Positions 1 to 8,868 of a DNA stretch of 64,000 bases are shown here, piece by piece (the first letter of the stretch is position 1; each line of letters starts with the position of its first letter). The notes under the pieces were generated by a model. It was not told the origin of the DNA and did not search any database. It saw only the letters and a list, made by a program, of their open reading frames with translations. The DNA comes from Acidobacteriota bacterium (lineage in GTDB: Bacteria > Acidobacteriota > Polarisedimenticolia > J045): the NCBI GenBank assembly GCA_025456425.1, contig JALOKP010000013.1:480-64479 (forward strand). Reading direction: 5' to 3'. Made by a program: the position numbers and the translations under genes.

Positions 1-233
1 ACAGGTGGATGTAGTCATCCGCCTCGTCGAGCGACTCGATGACGGCCTCGACGGTGTTCCCGACGAAGAGCTTGGCGGCCTCGTCGGCCGCGACGAACTC
101 GCTCTTCGCGATCGCGCCTTCCTTCTTGTAGCCGATGTCGATCAGGACGATCTCGGCCAGGACCTTGACGATCCGGCCGTGAACGGGGCAGATCGCCCGT
201 CTTGTGCTGCTCTGAACCGGTCTGGGTCTCCAT
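1..233 (-). CDS. rpsA: 30S ribosomal protein S1, N-terminal fragment (gene continues beyond window start); start region shows a frame discontinuity
   Basis: A minus-strand frame reads ...VHGRIVKVLAEIVLIDIGYKKEGAIAKSEFVAADEAAKLFVGNTVEAVIESLDEADDYIHL up to position 1. This is a typical first S1/OB motif (DIG-K-EG-I..EF). The only ATG (231-233) lies one base out of frame with it. Confidence 0.55.
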
Positions 234-387
234 GACGAAACGCTACCTCCCGTGCTGCCGCGGGTCTTGGATTGGCCCGGTCACCCGTCCGGGGAGACGC
301 ACCCCCCCGTGGCCCCGTCGAGGCGGCGGCGAGCGATCCCTGGGCACACCCGCAAACCGCGGATGTTAGGAGCGCTCCGGGGAGCGG

Positions 388-1236
388 TCAAGTGATTCTT
401 TTTCCGGCGGTTCGGGGGCCGCGGGTGGGCCCCGGGCGGCGGCGCTCCCCGGCCGCCGGGGGGCCTCCCCTGCCCCGCGGGCGGTCGGCGCGTCGTTCGG
501 CGCCGTCGAGGGCGCGCCGCAGAGCGTCCAGTTCCGGGGGGGCCATCGGCCGGAGCTCTCCCACCCGCATGCGCCCCAGCCGCAGCGGTCCGATCGCGGT
601 CCGCCGGAGCCGCTGCACCGGATGGCCGACCCGGGCGAACATCAGCTTGATCTGGTTCTGGCGCCCCTCGGTCAGCACGATGGTCAGCCAGGTCGTGTTG
701 TCCCCCGGCTCGTCGACCCGAACCTCGGCCGGCAGGGTCCGGATCCCGCGCTCGATCACGACTCCGCGCCGGACCCGGTCCAGCGCCCGCTCGTCCGGCG
801 TTCCCCGGACCTTGACCCGATAGGTCTTGGGAAGGTGGCTGGTCGGGTGCATCACCCGGTGGGCCAGGTCGCCGTCGTCGGTCAGGATCAGCAGGCCGTC
901 GGCGTCCCAGTCGAGCCGGCCGACCGGGAAGACCCGGGCCCGCACCCGGTGGGCGGCCAGCAGGTCGGCGATGGTGGTCCGCCCCTCCGGGTCGGCCAGC
1001 GAGGTGATCATCTCGCGCGGCTTGAAGGCGAGCAGGTAGGTCCGCTGCGGGGCCGCCGGCCGCAGGCGCCGCCCGTCGATCTTGATGTGGTCGCGGTCGG
1101 GGTCGGCATGCATCCCGAGCCGGTCGGCGACGGCGCCGTTGACGGTCACCCGCCCTTCCCGCATCAGTTGCTCGGCGGCGCGCCGCGAGGCGACCCCTGC
1201 GCGGGCCAGGATCTTCTGGAGCCGCTCTTCGGCCAT
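388..1236 (-). CDS. rluB: RluB/RsuA-family 23S/16S rRNA pseudouridine synthase
   Basis: S4 domain LQKILARAGVASRRAAEQLMREGRVTVNG and catalytic motif VGRLDWDADGLLILTDDG. Start chosen at the internal ATG (MAEERLQKIL), 1 nt after the scpB stop. Confidence 0.8.
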   Translation of the reverse strand: MAEERLQKILARAGVASRRAAEQLMREGRVTVNGAVADRLGMHADPDRDHIKIDGRRLRPAAPQRTYLLAFKPREMITSLADPEGRTTIADLLAAHRVRARVFPVGRLDWDADGLLILTDDGDLAHRVMHPTSHLPKTYRVKVRGTPDERALDRVRRGVVIERGIRTLPAEVRVDEPGDNTTWLTIVLTEGRQNQIKLMFARVGHPVQRLRRTAIGPLRLGRMRVGELRPMAPPELDALRRALDGAERRADRPRGRGGPPAAGERRRPGPTRGPRTAGKRIT

Positions 1237-1237
1237 C

Positions 1238-1948
1238 TCAGGCGTCCCCTGGGGGAGCGGTCTCGGGCGCGGCCCCGGCCCCCCCAACCTCGAAGAGGTC
1301 CTCCGCCGGCTCCCCCTCGAACTCGAACTCCTCGGTCGGGAAGGCGGTCACGGGGAACAGCCGCCCCTGCGCCGGCACGACCCGCGTTCCGTACCCCTCG
1401 ACCGGCGGCAGATCCTCCAGGCTGTCCAGCCCGAAGTGAATCAGGAACTCGCGCGTCGTGCCGTAGAGGATCGGGCGCCCGACGACCCGCTTGCGGCCGA
1501 CGATCCGGATCAGCTTGCGGTCAAGCAGGACGCGGACCGAGTGGGCCGGGTCGGTGCCGCGGATCTCCTGGATCTCGGGGGCGGTGATCGGCTGGGCGTA
1601 GGCGATGATCGCCAGGACGTCGAGCGAGGCCGGCGTCAGGCGCCGCTGGTTGCGGAAGCGGAACAGCGCGCGCAGCGGCTCGGCCAGGTCGGGCCGGGTG
1701 ACGAGGCGGAAGCCGCCCGCCACCCGCTCCAGCCGGAACCCGCGGTCGGGGCGCCCCAGGGCACGCGCCAGGGCGTCGAGGCCGGACTCGATCGCCTCGC
1801 GCGTCATCTCGGGCAGGCCGGCCTGGATCTCCTCGACGGTCAGCGGCTCGGGCGAGGCGAAGAGCATCGCCTCGAGCACGGCCAGGACCCGCAGCCCCTG
1901 CTCCTCCGGCCCGGGCTCCGTTCCGGGTGCGGTGTCTTCAGCGCTCAC
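1238..1948 (-). CDS. scpB: Segregation and condensation protein B
   Basis: LEAMLFASPEPLTVEEI...LERVAGGFRLVTRPD...LSPASLDVLAIIAYAQPITAPEIQEIRG is the ScpB winged-helix pattern. A GTG start at 1948 is inferred (11-nt overlap with scpA); the start is uncertain. Confidence 0.75.
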   Translation of the reverse strand: MSAEDTAPGTEPGPEEQGLRVLAVLEAMLFASPEPLTVEEIQAGLPEMTREAIESGLDALARALGRPDRGFRLERVAGGFRLVTRPDLAEPLRALFRFRNQRRLTPASLDVLAIIAYAQPITAPEIQEIRGTDPAHSVRVLLDRKLIRIVGRKRVVGRPILYGTTREFLIHFGLDSLEDLPPVEGYGTRVVPAQGRLFPVTAFPTEEFEFEGEPAEDLFEVGGAGAAPETAPPGDA

Positions 1949-2762
1949 TTTCCGACTCCTCCGCGGCCAGCTCGACGGCGACTCCCGCCCGCCCCTCGAT
2001 CGTGATGTCCTCGCGCGCCGCGCTCTGCCAGGCGTCGATCGCACCGAGGCGGACCAGCTCGAGCAGCGCGAGGAACAGCACGACCCGCTCGAGGCGAGTC
2101 CGGCAGGCGATCAGCAGCTCGCGGAACGACAGCGACCGGCCCGCCTCCACCGCGTCGAGCAGGCGCTGCATCATGTCCTGGATCTTGACGTCCTCGCGCC
2201 GGATGACCTCGACCCGCTCCTCGATCTCGAGGTGACGCAGGACGCGCTCGAAGGCCCGGACCAGGTCCCCCAGGTCCGCCTTGATCGTCTCGTAGCCGGC
2301 CAGTTCGGCCGGCGCCGGACCCGGCCGGGAGAAGACCAGATCGCGCCCGCTCTCCAGCGCCGCCAGCCCCTCGGCCGCCTTGCGGAAGCGCTCGTAGTCG
2401 AGCAGTTGGCGCACCAGCTCGGCCCGCGGGTCCTCGGCCTCCTCGCCGGGATCCGGCGGCAGCATCATCCGCGACTTGATGTGGGCCAGCGTCGCCGCCA
2501 TCAGCAGGTACTCGGAGGCGATCTCGAGGTCCAGCTTGCGCATCTGGTCGAGGTAGAAGTTGTACTGGCGCGCGACCTCGAAGATCGGGATGTCGAGGAT
2601 CTCCATGTCGTTGGAGCGGACCAGGTGCAGGAGCAGGTCGAGCGGCCCCTCGAACTGCGGCAGCGTCAGGGTGAGCGCGGCCTGTCCCGGCGCCGCAGCG
2701 GGCGTCAGGTCGCCGGAAGCGAGGAACTCGTCGCCGAACCCCGACTCGGACATCGCGCACAC
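1938..2762 (-). CDS. scpA: Segregation and condensation protein A (kleisin)
   Basis: LPQFEGPLDLLLHLVRSNDMEILDIPIFEVARQYNFYL...SEYLLMAATLAHIKSRMMLP is the canonical ScpA N-terminus. It lies directly upstream of scpB. Confidence 0.85.
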   Translation of the reverse strand: MCAMSESGFGDEFLASGDLTPAAAPGQAALTLTLPQFEGPLDLLLHLVRSNDMEILDIPIFEVARQYNFYLDQMRKLDLEIASEYLLMAATLAHIKSRMMLPPDPGEEAEDPRAELVRQLLDYERFRKAAEGLAALESGRDLVFSRPGPAPAELAGYETIKADLGDLVRAFERVLRHLEIEERVEVIRREDVKIQDMMQRLLDAVEAGRSLSFRELLIACRTRLERVVLFLALLELVRLGAIDAWQSAAREDITIEGRAGVAVELAAEESESER

Positions 2763-2817
2763 CCTCCGGGGCGAAAGGTCTGCGAGCCTAGCACCCGCCG
2801 CCCGCGCACGGCAAGGT

Positions 2818-3360
2818 TCAGTCGCGGACCGCGCGGCAGACCACGCGGCGGATCTCTTCGGCGAGCTGCTCGCGGAGCATCCGTGAGGCTTGCTCGCGCG
2901 GCTCGTAGATCGCGTTGGGCTTGCTCTCGGCGTGGACCCGCAGCGTGTGCTGCTTCAGCCGCTCGTCCGGCGGCGGGGGTGTCGCTTCACGGAACACGCG
3001 CAGCGTATAGACCGCCTCGATGTCGCGCCGCCGGCCGGGCAGGTAACCCCCGGTCTTCGGGTCGAACACGGGCTCGCCGCCCGGGCTGTCGGCCTCGCGC
3101 CAGTAGAGCAGCGCGACCTCGATCCGCCAGACCGGCGTCTCGGCGGGCCGGGGCAGGCGCAGGCCGCAGTTGCGGGCCTCGAACCGCCGCAGCGTCTCGC
3201 GCTCGATCATCAGGCGCTCGAGGTCGGGGACGCCGCGGACGGCTGTGACGGTGAGCTGGGTGGGGAGCCGATCCTCCGCGGCGGGACACGGGAAACCGCA
3301 CCCCGCGGGAGAGAGCAGCGCGGCGGCGAGGAGGACACGGGCGAGGCGAGGCCGCTTCAC
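2818..3360 (-). CDS. Hypothetical lipoprotein
   Basis: N-terminus MKRPRLARVLLAAALLSPAGC has a signal peptide plus lipobox (L-S-P-A-G-C). No family was recognised. Confidence 0.55.
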   Translation of the reverse strand: MKRPRLARVLLAAALLSPAGCGFPCPAAEDRLPTQLTVTAVRGVPDLERLMIERETLRRFEARNCGLRLPRPAETPVWRIEVALLYWREADSPGGEPVFDPKTGGYLPGRRRDIEAVYTLRVFREATPPPPDERLKQHTLRVHAESKPNAIYEPREQASRMLREQLAEEIRRVVCRAVRD

Positions 3361-3369
3361 CCCCCTACT

Positions 3370-4140
3370 CTATTCCACGCGGTAGATCAGGCGCACCATG
3401 CCGGCCGAAATGACGTCGCCCTGCGAGAGCGGTGCGCCGCGGCCGGGCAGCAGCCGGGTGCCGTTGACGAAGGTCCCGTTCAGCGCGCCGACCTCCTCGG
3501 CCACGTACCACGCGCCGTCGCGCAGCGTCATCCGCGCGTGCCGCCGCGAGACCGAGCGCTTCGTGTCGATCTCGGTCAGGTCGATCTCGGGCTGGATTTC
3601 GGTCACCGGGTCGTAACGCCCGACCAGGATCTCCTCGCCGACGAGCGGGAAGACCGGGCCGCCCCCCTCGACCACCAGCGACGCCCGCGACCCGCGGGCG
3701 ACCGCGGCGTGCGATCGCGCCGGGGGGGCCGGTGCGGGGCGGACCGTGAGCTGCGTCTCGTCGCCCCCCACGCTCGAGAGCCGACGCTCCAGCCGCTCGA
3801 CCCGCGCTGCGAGCTTGCGCAGCAGCCGCACCGAGATCTCGGGGTGGGCGCGCAGCAGCCGGTGGAAGGTGGACGGGCCGATCTCGATGACCTCGCAGGC
3901 GTCCAGCGCCTCCGCGTCGATACCGTAGGTCCCGCCCTCCAGCAGCGCGCGCTCGCCGAAGAAGTCGCCCTTCTCGAGCTGCGCGATCTCCACCGGCGCC
4001 CCGCCGCCGTTCGCCGGACGCGTGAGCCGCACGCTGCCCGACTGAACGAGGAACATGCAGGCCCCGCTCTCGGCCGCGGCGACGATCCGTTCGCCGGCCT
4101 GGTAGTTGACCGCAAGAGCTTTCAGGGGATCGATCGCCAT
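3370..4140 (-). CDS. Cyclic-nucleotide-binding domain / FHA domain fusion protein
   Basis: N-terminal cNMP-binding pattern (GDFFGERALLEGGTYGIDAEA). C-terminal FHA pattern (ILVGRYD...DTKRSVSRRHARMTLRDGAWYVAEEVGALNGTFVNGTRL). Confidence 0.8.
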   Translation of the reverse strand: MAIDPLKALAVNYQAGERIVAAAESGACMFLVQSGSVRLTRPANGGGAPVEIAQLEKGDFFGERALLEGGTYGIDAEALDACEVIEIGPSTFHRLLRAHPEISVRLLRKLAARVERLERRLSSVGGDETQLTVRPAPAPPARSHAAVARGSRASLVVEGGGPVFPLVGEEILVGRYDPVTEIQPEIDLTEIDTKRSVSRRHARMTLRDGAWYVAEEVGALNGTFVNGTRLLPGRGAPLSQGDVISAGMVRLIYRVE

Positions 4141-4254
4141 GCTCGATTCGTCACGCGTCGCGTGCGCGCACCGCGGGTCCCGCGCCGGGCCATCCGCCCG
4201 CCGCGAGGCAAACCGCGAACTCGCGAGGAATATAGGTTTTCCGCCGTCGAAGGG

Positions 4255-5178
4255 TCAACGCGCCGGGTCGCCCCGGACCCCCCTGACCAGGGCCGCGGCG
4301 GCCTCGTAGCGGACGTTCTGGTTCGGGTCGTCCTTGGCGATCACCCCCAGGACCTCGCGGGCCCCGGGGATTCCGGCCTGCGCGACGATCCTGACCGCCG
4401 CGGCCCGGACCTCGAACTCGGGGTCGGTCCGGGCCAACCGGACGACGGCCTCCTGGCAGGCCTCGACCCGCTCGTCGATCTCGAGGCCGCCCCCTGCGTC
4501 GCCGATCCGGCCCCGAGCCATCGCCCCACCCGCCGCGGCGAGGGCCCGCAGTCGCCGCTCGGGGTTGGCGTCCCTCATTCGTTCGAGCAGGGTCGGGACC
4601 CAGTCCTCGTCGGCCATCACGAGCTGCCCGGCGATCACGAGACCCGCATCGATCAGCCAGGGGTTCCGGCCCGAGATCCAACCCAGCACGCGAGCCTCCT
4701 GCCCGGCCGCGACGTCGTCCTGGTGCAGCACGATCTCGCGCACGGCGGTGAGCAGCGCCTCCCCTCCTTCGGGCGGCAGCGGGATCCGCGCACCCGCGAA
4801 GCCGGCCGGCATGTAGAGGTCTGGCTTGGGCTGTCGGCCGCGGGAATCGACCCAGGGGGTGAGGACGTAGATCGCGGTCTCCCCGTCGCGGGCCTCGAAG
4901 CGCGCCGTGTCGGGCTGCCGCATGAGGTTGTTGCCGCGGAAGGCGACGCGCAGCGTCTCCGGCAGCCCGCCGCCGCGCAGGACCTCTTTCAGCGCCAGGG
5001 TCAGCTTGCCGTCGACGCGGAGCGCGGTCGCGAGGACGACGACCGGTCCGGCCGACAGGCGCTCGAGCAACTCCGCACCATCGCGCGGGGCGGAAGGCTC
5101 CTCGTCGGTCGCGGTCGCGCCGGCCGCCGGAAGGAGCGCGAGCGGAAGCGCAAGCAGCGCGGCCGCGGCCGCCCGCAC
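4255..5178 (-). CDS. Secreted HEAT-repeat protein
   Basis: C-terminal HEAT-like repeats (DPEFEVRAAAVRIVAQAG...AKDDPNQNVRYEAAAALV). The inferred GTG start gives a signal peptide, RAAAAALLALPLALLPAAGA/TATDE. The start is uncertain; the ORF extends to 5307. Confidence 0.6.
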   Translation of the reverse strand: MRAAAAALLALPLALLPAAGATATDEEPSAPRDGAELLERLSAGPVVVLATALRVDGKLTLALKEVLRGGGLPETLRVAFRGNNLMRQPDTARFEARDGETAIYVLTPWVDSRGRQPKPDLYMPAGFAGARIPLPPEGGEALLTAVREIVLHQDDVAAGQEARVLGWISGRNPWLIDAGLVIAGQLVMADEDWVPTLLERMRDANPERRLRALAAAGGAMARGRIGDAGGGLEIDERVEACQEAVVRLARTDPEFEVRAAAVRIVAQAGIPGAREVLGVIAKDDPNQNVRYEAAAALVRGVRGDPAR

Positions 5179-5195
5179 CAGGCGGCGGAGGGCGG

Positions 5196-5777
5196 TCAGG
5201 CGCGCGGCGCGCGGCCCTGGGACCCCTGCCCCGCACCGAGCACGGCGAAGCCGATCGCGATCAGCAGCGCGCCGGCCAGCACCTTCCAGTCCTCGATCTG
5301 GGTCCACAGCCCCACCGGGTCCAGGATCGCCTGGGCGAAGTCGCTCGGCGCGTAGAGGGCGAGCATCGCCGTGCTGAGCACGAGCCCGATCGCCGCTCCG
5401 ACGGCCGCGCCGGCAAGGATACCGACCGTTGCGCGGGCTGTCGGCCCCGCCCCCCCGCGCCGCCGCCGCGCCGGTGCCGCATCCGGCCCGGGCTCGGAGG
5501 TCGAGAAGGCGCTGGAGTCGAACGGCTCGAACGGCGCTTCCGCGGCCGACGGTGCCGCTGCCCAGGCCGGCTCGGGCCGGGGGACCTCGGCCGAGAACGA
5601 GATGCCGCCGTCCTCGAACAGGGAGTTTTCGAACGGATCCGGCTCCGGCACGCGGGCGAACGGCGTGCCGTCCCGGCGATCCGGCGGCGCGGCCGCCGGG
5701 GGGACGGGCGCAGGGTAGGTCCCGGCCCGGGCGGAGACGAAGCGCCGGCGCGTACCGCGCGCGAAGGCTGCGCTCAC
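5196..5777 (-). CDS. Hypothetical membrane protein (disordered acidic N-terminal half, two C-terminal TM helices)
   Basis: These are the last 193 codons of the 5196..7214 ORF. The GTG at 5775-5777 overlaps the TGA of the upstream mglA-like gene (GTGA). TM segments are ILAGAAVGAAIGLVLSTAMLALY and VLAGALLIAIGFAVLGAG. Confidence 0.55.
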   Translation of the reverse strand: MSAAFARGTRRRFVSARAGTYPAPVPPAAAPPDRRDGTPFARVPEPDPFENSLFEDGGISFSAEVPRPEPAWAAAPSAAEAPFEPFDSSAFSTSEPGPDAAPARRRRGGAGPTARATVGILAGAAVGAAIGLVLSTAMLALYAPSDFAQAILDPVGLWTQIEDWKVLAGALLIAIGFAVLGAGQGSQGRAPRA

Positions 5778-7141
5778 GGCGCGAGTTCCAGCCGGATCAC
5801 GAGGCGGAAGCGGCGCGTCCCGGCCGCCGTCGCGAACTCGAGCGGCACCAGGATCTCCTGCGGGTCGCCGACCTCGAGCCGCGTCGGCTCGACCGCGTCG
5901 TCGGCGAACAGCGCGTCGGCTGCGCCGACCTCGATCATCCGGGCGGAAGCGTGCGCGACCGCCGTCGGCACGACCGCGTCGAGCGTCGCCCGGTCGATCT
6001 TCACGGTCGACGTCGGCGGCGGCGCGGGCGGGGCGAGGCCAAGCACGTCCTCCTCCTCGATCACGGCGGCCACGGCCGGGCGCTCGGACCGCGAGGGCAG
6101 GTGGACCGGCTCGGAGTCGAAGGTGGGTGCGGCCGGACGCGCCGGGGCCTCGGCCGCGGCGCGAAGCACCGCATGCGGCGTGGCCAGCGTCGGCATCTCG
6201 GCCCGCGCCGGGTCGCCGGGAACGACGAAGTCGAAGCTCCCCGGGGGATCCGCGAGCGGGGCGGCCGAGGCCGCGGCGGCGAAGGTCTCGGCCGGCGGGA
6301 CGGCGGCCGGCGCGGAGGCCGCGGCAGCGGCGGGATCGACGTAGATCTTGCCGCTCGGCATCGCGAAGACCGCGGCCGGGTCGGCCGCGGCCGGCGTCTC
6401 GAAGCTGGAAGAGGCCTCGTCGAAGAGCGGTACGCCGGCCGCCGCGGCCACCGGGGTCTCGATCGTCGGCGCCAGCGGGTCGGGCGCGGCGATCGCGGCC
6501 GGCTCGGCGGCGGGCTTCGCCGGCTCGCGGCGCGGGCCCCCCGGGCGCTCGGCGCCGTAGCGCTCGTTGAGCTTGAGCAGCACCAGCTTCGTGATGTGGC
6601 GAAGCGTCTCCTGGACGCCGACGCCGGTCGTGGCAATCGCCTCGTAGAACGGCGCGTTGTACTTGTTGAGCCGCTCGTTGATCGGTTCGATCGGCATCGA
6701 GTTGGGCAGGTCGCGCTTGTTGTACTGGATCACGTGCGGGGTGTCTTCGAGCGACATCCCGTGCGCCGCGAGGTTCTCCTCGAGGTTGCGGAACGAGTCG
6801 AGGTTGGCGTCGACCATGTTTTCCTGGCTGTCGGCGACGAAGACCACGCCGTCCGCACCCTTGAGCACGAGCCGCCGCGTCTCGTTGTAGAAGACCTGGC
6901 CCGGCACCGTGTAGAGCTGGACCTTGGTCTTCATCCCCTGGATCTGCCCCAGGTCGATCGGCAGGAAGTCGAAGAACAGGGTGCGGTCGCTCTTCGTGGC
7001 CAGCGACAGCATCTTGCCGCGCACCCCCTGCGGCATGTGGTCGTAGATGAACTGCAGGTTGGTCGTCTTCCCGCAGAGGCCGGGACCGTAGAACACGACC
7101 TTCGTCGTCAGTTCGCGTGTCGAGTAGTTGAAGACAACCAT
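5774..7141 (-). CDS. mglA: MglA-family Ras-like GTPase with a ~260-aa Pro/Ala-rich C-terminal extension
   Basis: N-terminal ~195 aa is near-collinear with Myxococcus MglA as recalled: FYGPGLCGKTTN, DRTLFFDFLP, LYTVPGQVFY, QYNKRDLP. Start at ATG 7141 (MVVFNYSTRE). The remainder is low-complexity plus a ~70-aa terminal domain. Confidence 0.85.
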   Translation of the reverse strand: MVVFNYSTRELTTKVVFYGPGLCGKTTNLQFIYDHMPQGVRGKMLSLATKSDRTLFFDFLPIDLGQIQGMKTKVQLYTVPGQVFYNETRRLVLKGADGVVFVADSQENMVDANLDSFRNLEENLAAHGMSLEDTPHVIQYNKRDLPNSMPIEPINERLNKYNAPFYEAIATTGVGVQETLRHITKLVLLKLNERYGAERPGGPRREPAKPAAEPAAIAAPDPLAPTIETPVAAAAGVPLFDEASSSFETPAAADPAAVFAMPSGKIYVDPAAAAASAPAAVPPAETFAAAASAAPLADPPGSFDFVVPGDPARAEMPTLATPHAVLRAAAEAPARPAAPTFDSEPVHLPSRSERPAVAAVIEEEDVLGLAPPAPPPTSTVKIDRATLDAVVPTAVAHASARMIEVGAADALFADDAVEPTRLEVGDPQEILVPLEFATAAGTRRFRLVIRLELAP

Positions 7142-7316
7142 GTCCGGCGCTCCACGGGAGTGGCACGCGCGGGCCGGCCCCGTCGAGGGGTCCTCCCGCG
7201 GGCGGGGCAAACATAGGGCTCCCGGTGCGGCGGTGTCAAAACGGGGGCGACCAGCTTCGAAAGGCCGGGGGACCGTGGCGGCCCTCCCGGCCCCCCGCCG
7301 GCCGGCCGGCCCGCGC

Positions 7317-8699
7317 TCAGCGGCGCCTCGGGGAGAGCTTCAGGTCGACCACGACCGGGATCGGGCCCAGGTCGAACTCCTCGCGGATCCGGCTCTCGAG
7401 GTAGCGCCGGATCGACGGGTCCACCTGCTCCGGCTCGCGGCAGAAGATCGCGAACCGGGGCGGGAGGGTCCCGGTCTGGGTGATGTAGAGCATCCGCGTC
7501 GTCGAGCCCCCCCCGGCCAGCAGCTCGGCGAGCGAGCGCTCGAGGAAGCGGTTGAGCTCCGACGTGGGGATCCGGCGGGTGGCGGCCAACGCCTGCTCCC
7601 GGGCCAGGTCGAGCAGTCGGAAGGCGCGCTGGCCGGAGAGCGCGGAGACCGTGACCCGCGGCACCCTCGGCGCGAAGGCCAGCCGCCGCTCCAGGTCCGC
7701 GTCGAGCTCGCCCACCCGCCGCTCCGGATCCTCGACGAGGTCCCACTTGTTGAGCGCGAGGACCATCGGGCGGCCGGTCTCCAGGATCTCGCCCGCGATC
7801 GCGACATCGCCGCTGGTGATCCCCTGGACCGCGTCGAGGACGAAGATCGCGACGTGGCTGCGGGCCAGGCGGCGGCGCGTCATGAGGATCCCGACCGACT
7901 CGTCCCGCGCCTCGACCTTGGCGCGGCGCCGGATCCCCGCGGTGTCGACCAGCCGGATCCGGTTGCCGTCGCGGCGCAGCAGCACATCGACGGCGTCCCG
8001 GGTCGTGCCGGGGACGGGGCTGACCGTCACCCGCTCCTCCCCGGCCAGCCGGTTCACCAGCGACGACTTGCCGACGTTGGGACGGCCGACCACCGCGACA
8101 CACAGCTCCTCGCGCGGGTCGGGGAGCCCCTCGTCGTCGGCGATCGACCCGGCCGCCTCCCCTTCCGGCAGCGGGGCCAGCAGCGATTCGGCCAGTTCGG
8201 CGAATTCCTCGATCCCGCGGCCGGTCTCGGCGGAGACCGGGACCGGCTCGCCCAGCCCGAGGCGCCAGGCGTCGTGGACCAGCACCTCCTGCGCCTCGCC
8301 GTCCACCTTGTTGGCGACCAGCACGACCGGCACCGCGGCCCGGCGCAGAACCTCCGCGACCTGCTCGTCGAGCGACGTGACCCCGGCCCGCGCGTCGATC
8401 ACCAGCGCGATCACGTCGGCGGTGTCGAGCGCCACCAGCGCCTGGCGGGAAACCTGGCGGTAGAGGTCGTCGTCGGAGCCCGGAACGATCCCCCCGGTGT
8501 CGACCAGCAGGACCGGACGCGTGGCCAGGCGCCCCTCGCGCTCCAGCCGGTCGCGGGTCACGCCCGGCCGGTCGAGCACGATCGCCTCCCGCCGCCGGAG
8601 CAGCCGGTTGAACAGGCTCGACTTCCCGACGTTCGGGCGCCCGACGATCGCCACGCGCGGAAGCGCGCGGGCACGGCCGGGGGTCACGGGAGCGGACAT
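7317..8699 (-). CDS. der: Ribosome-associated GTPase Der/EngA (tandem GTPase domains + KH-like)
   Basis: Two G domains (VAIVGRPNVGKSSLFNRL; VAVVGRPNVGKSSLVNRL), DTGG/DTAG and NKVD/NKWD motifs. Confidence 0.92.
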   Translation of the reverse strand: MSAPVTPGRARALPRVAIVGRPNVGKSSLFNRLLRRREAIVLDRPGVTRDRLEREGRLATRPVLLVDTGGIVPGSDDDLYRQVSRQALVALDTADVIALVIDARAGVTSLDEQVAEVLRRAAVPVVLVANKVDGEAQEVLVHDAWRLGLGEPVPVSAETGRGIEEFAELAESLLAPLPEGEAAGSIADDEGLPDPREELCVAVVGRPNVGKSSLVNRLAGEERVTVSPVPGTTRDAVDVLLRRDGNRIRLVDTAGIRRRAKVEARDESVGILMTRRRLARSHVAIFVLDAVQGITSGDVAIAGEILETGRPMVLALNKWDLVEDPERRVGELDADLERRLAFAPRVPRVTVSALSGQRAFRLLDLAREQALAATRRIPTSELNRFLERSLAELLAGGGSTTRMLYITQTGTLPPRFAIFCREPEQVDPSIRRYLESRIREEFDLGPIPVVVDLKLSPRRR

Positions 8700-8797
8700 C
8701 GGGGGTCTCCGGAGGGGGGCCGGGGGAGACTACCCCTGCGCGGGTCCGGGCGCCACGCCGGCGATTCCCGCAAGCCTCTCTGTTTGCAGACTTTACC

Positions 8798-8826
8798 TTG
8801 ACCGCGGGGAGCGATCCTCCTAGACT
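8798..8826 (+). promoter_or_regulatory. Candidate sigma70-type promoter for the IHF/HU-like gene
   Basis: TTGACC (8798-8803), a 17-nt spacer, then TAGACT (8821-8826), about 40 nt upstream of ATG 8869. A GGAGGAG Shine-Dalgarno sequence follows. Confidence 0.4.
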
Positions 8827-8868
8827 TCCCCGGCCCCGGCGACCGATCCGGCGGAGGAGAGTCCCTCG

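Noticed and set aside
2818-3360. Idea that the 180-aa lipoprotein is LptE
   Set aside because: Only its size and lipoprotein nature fit. I could not recognise any LptE-specific motif, and it is not adjacent to leuS/holA or lptD, so it is left as hypothetical.
2890-5355. 821-aa plus-strand ORF
   Set aside because: It is antisense to the lipoprotein, cNMP/FHA and HEAT-repeat genes, and has no recognisable domain.
7155-7175. Sigma-54 promoter search (TGGCAC-N5-TTGC), because rpoN is present
   Set aside because: The TGGCAC occurrences I found (about 7160, 9335, 27185 reverse, 28058 and 51400) lack a TTGC element at the correct spacing, and most are intragenic. No credible -24/-12 promoter could be supported by eye.
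5196-7214. 672-aa minus-strand ORF treated as one gene
   Set aside because: Only its last 193 codons (5196-5777) look protein-like. Upstream it is an alternate frame of the mglA-like gene, whose GTPase motifs are in the 5774..7210 frame.
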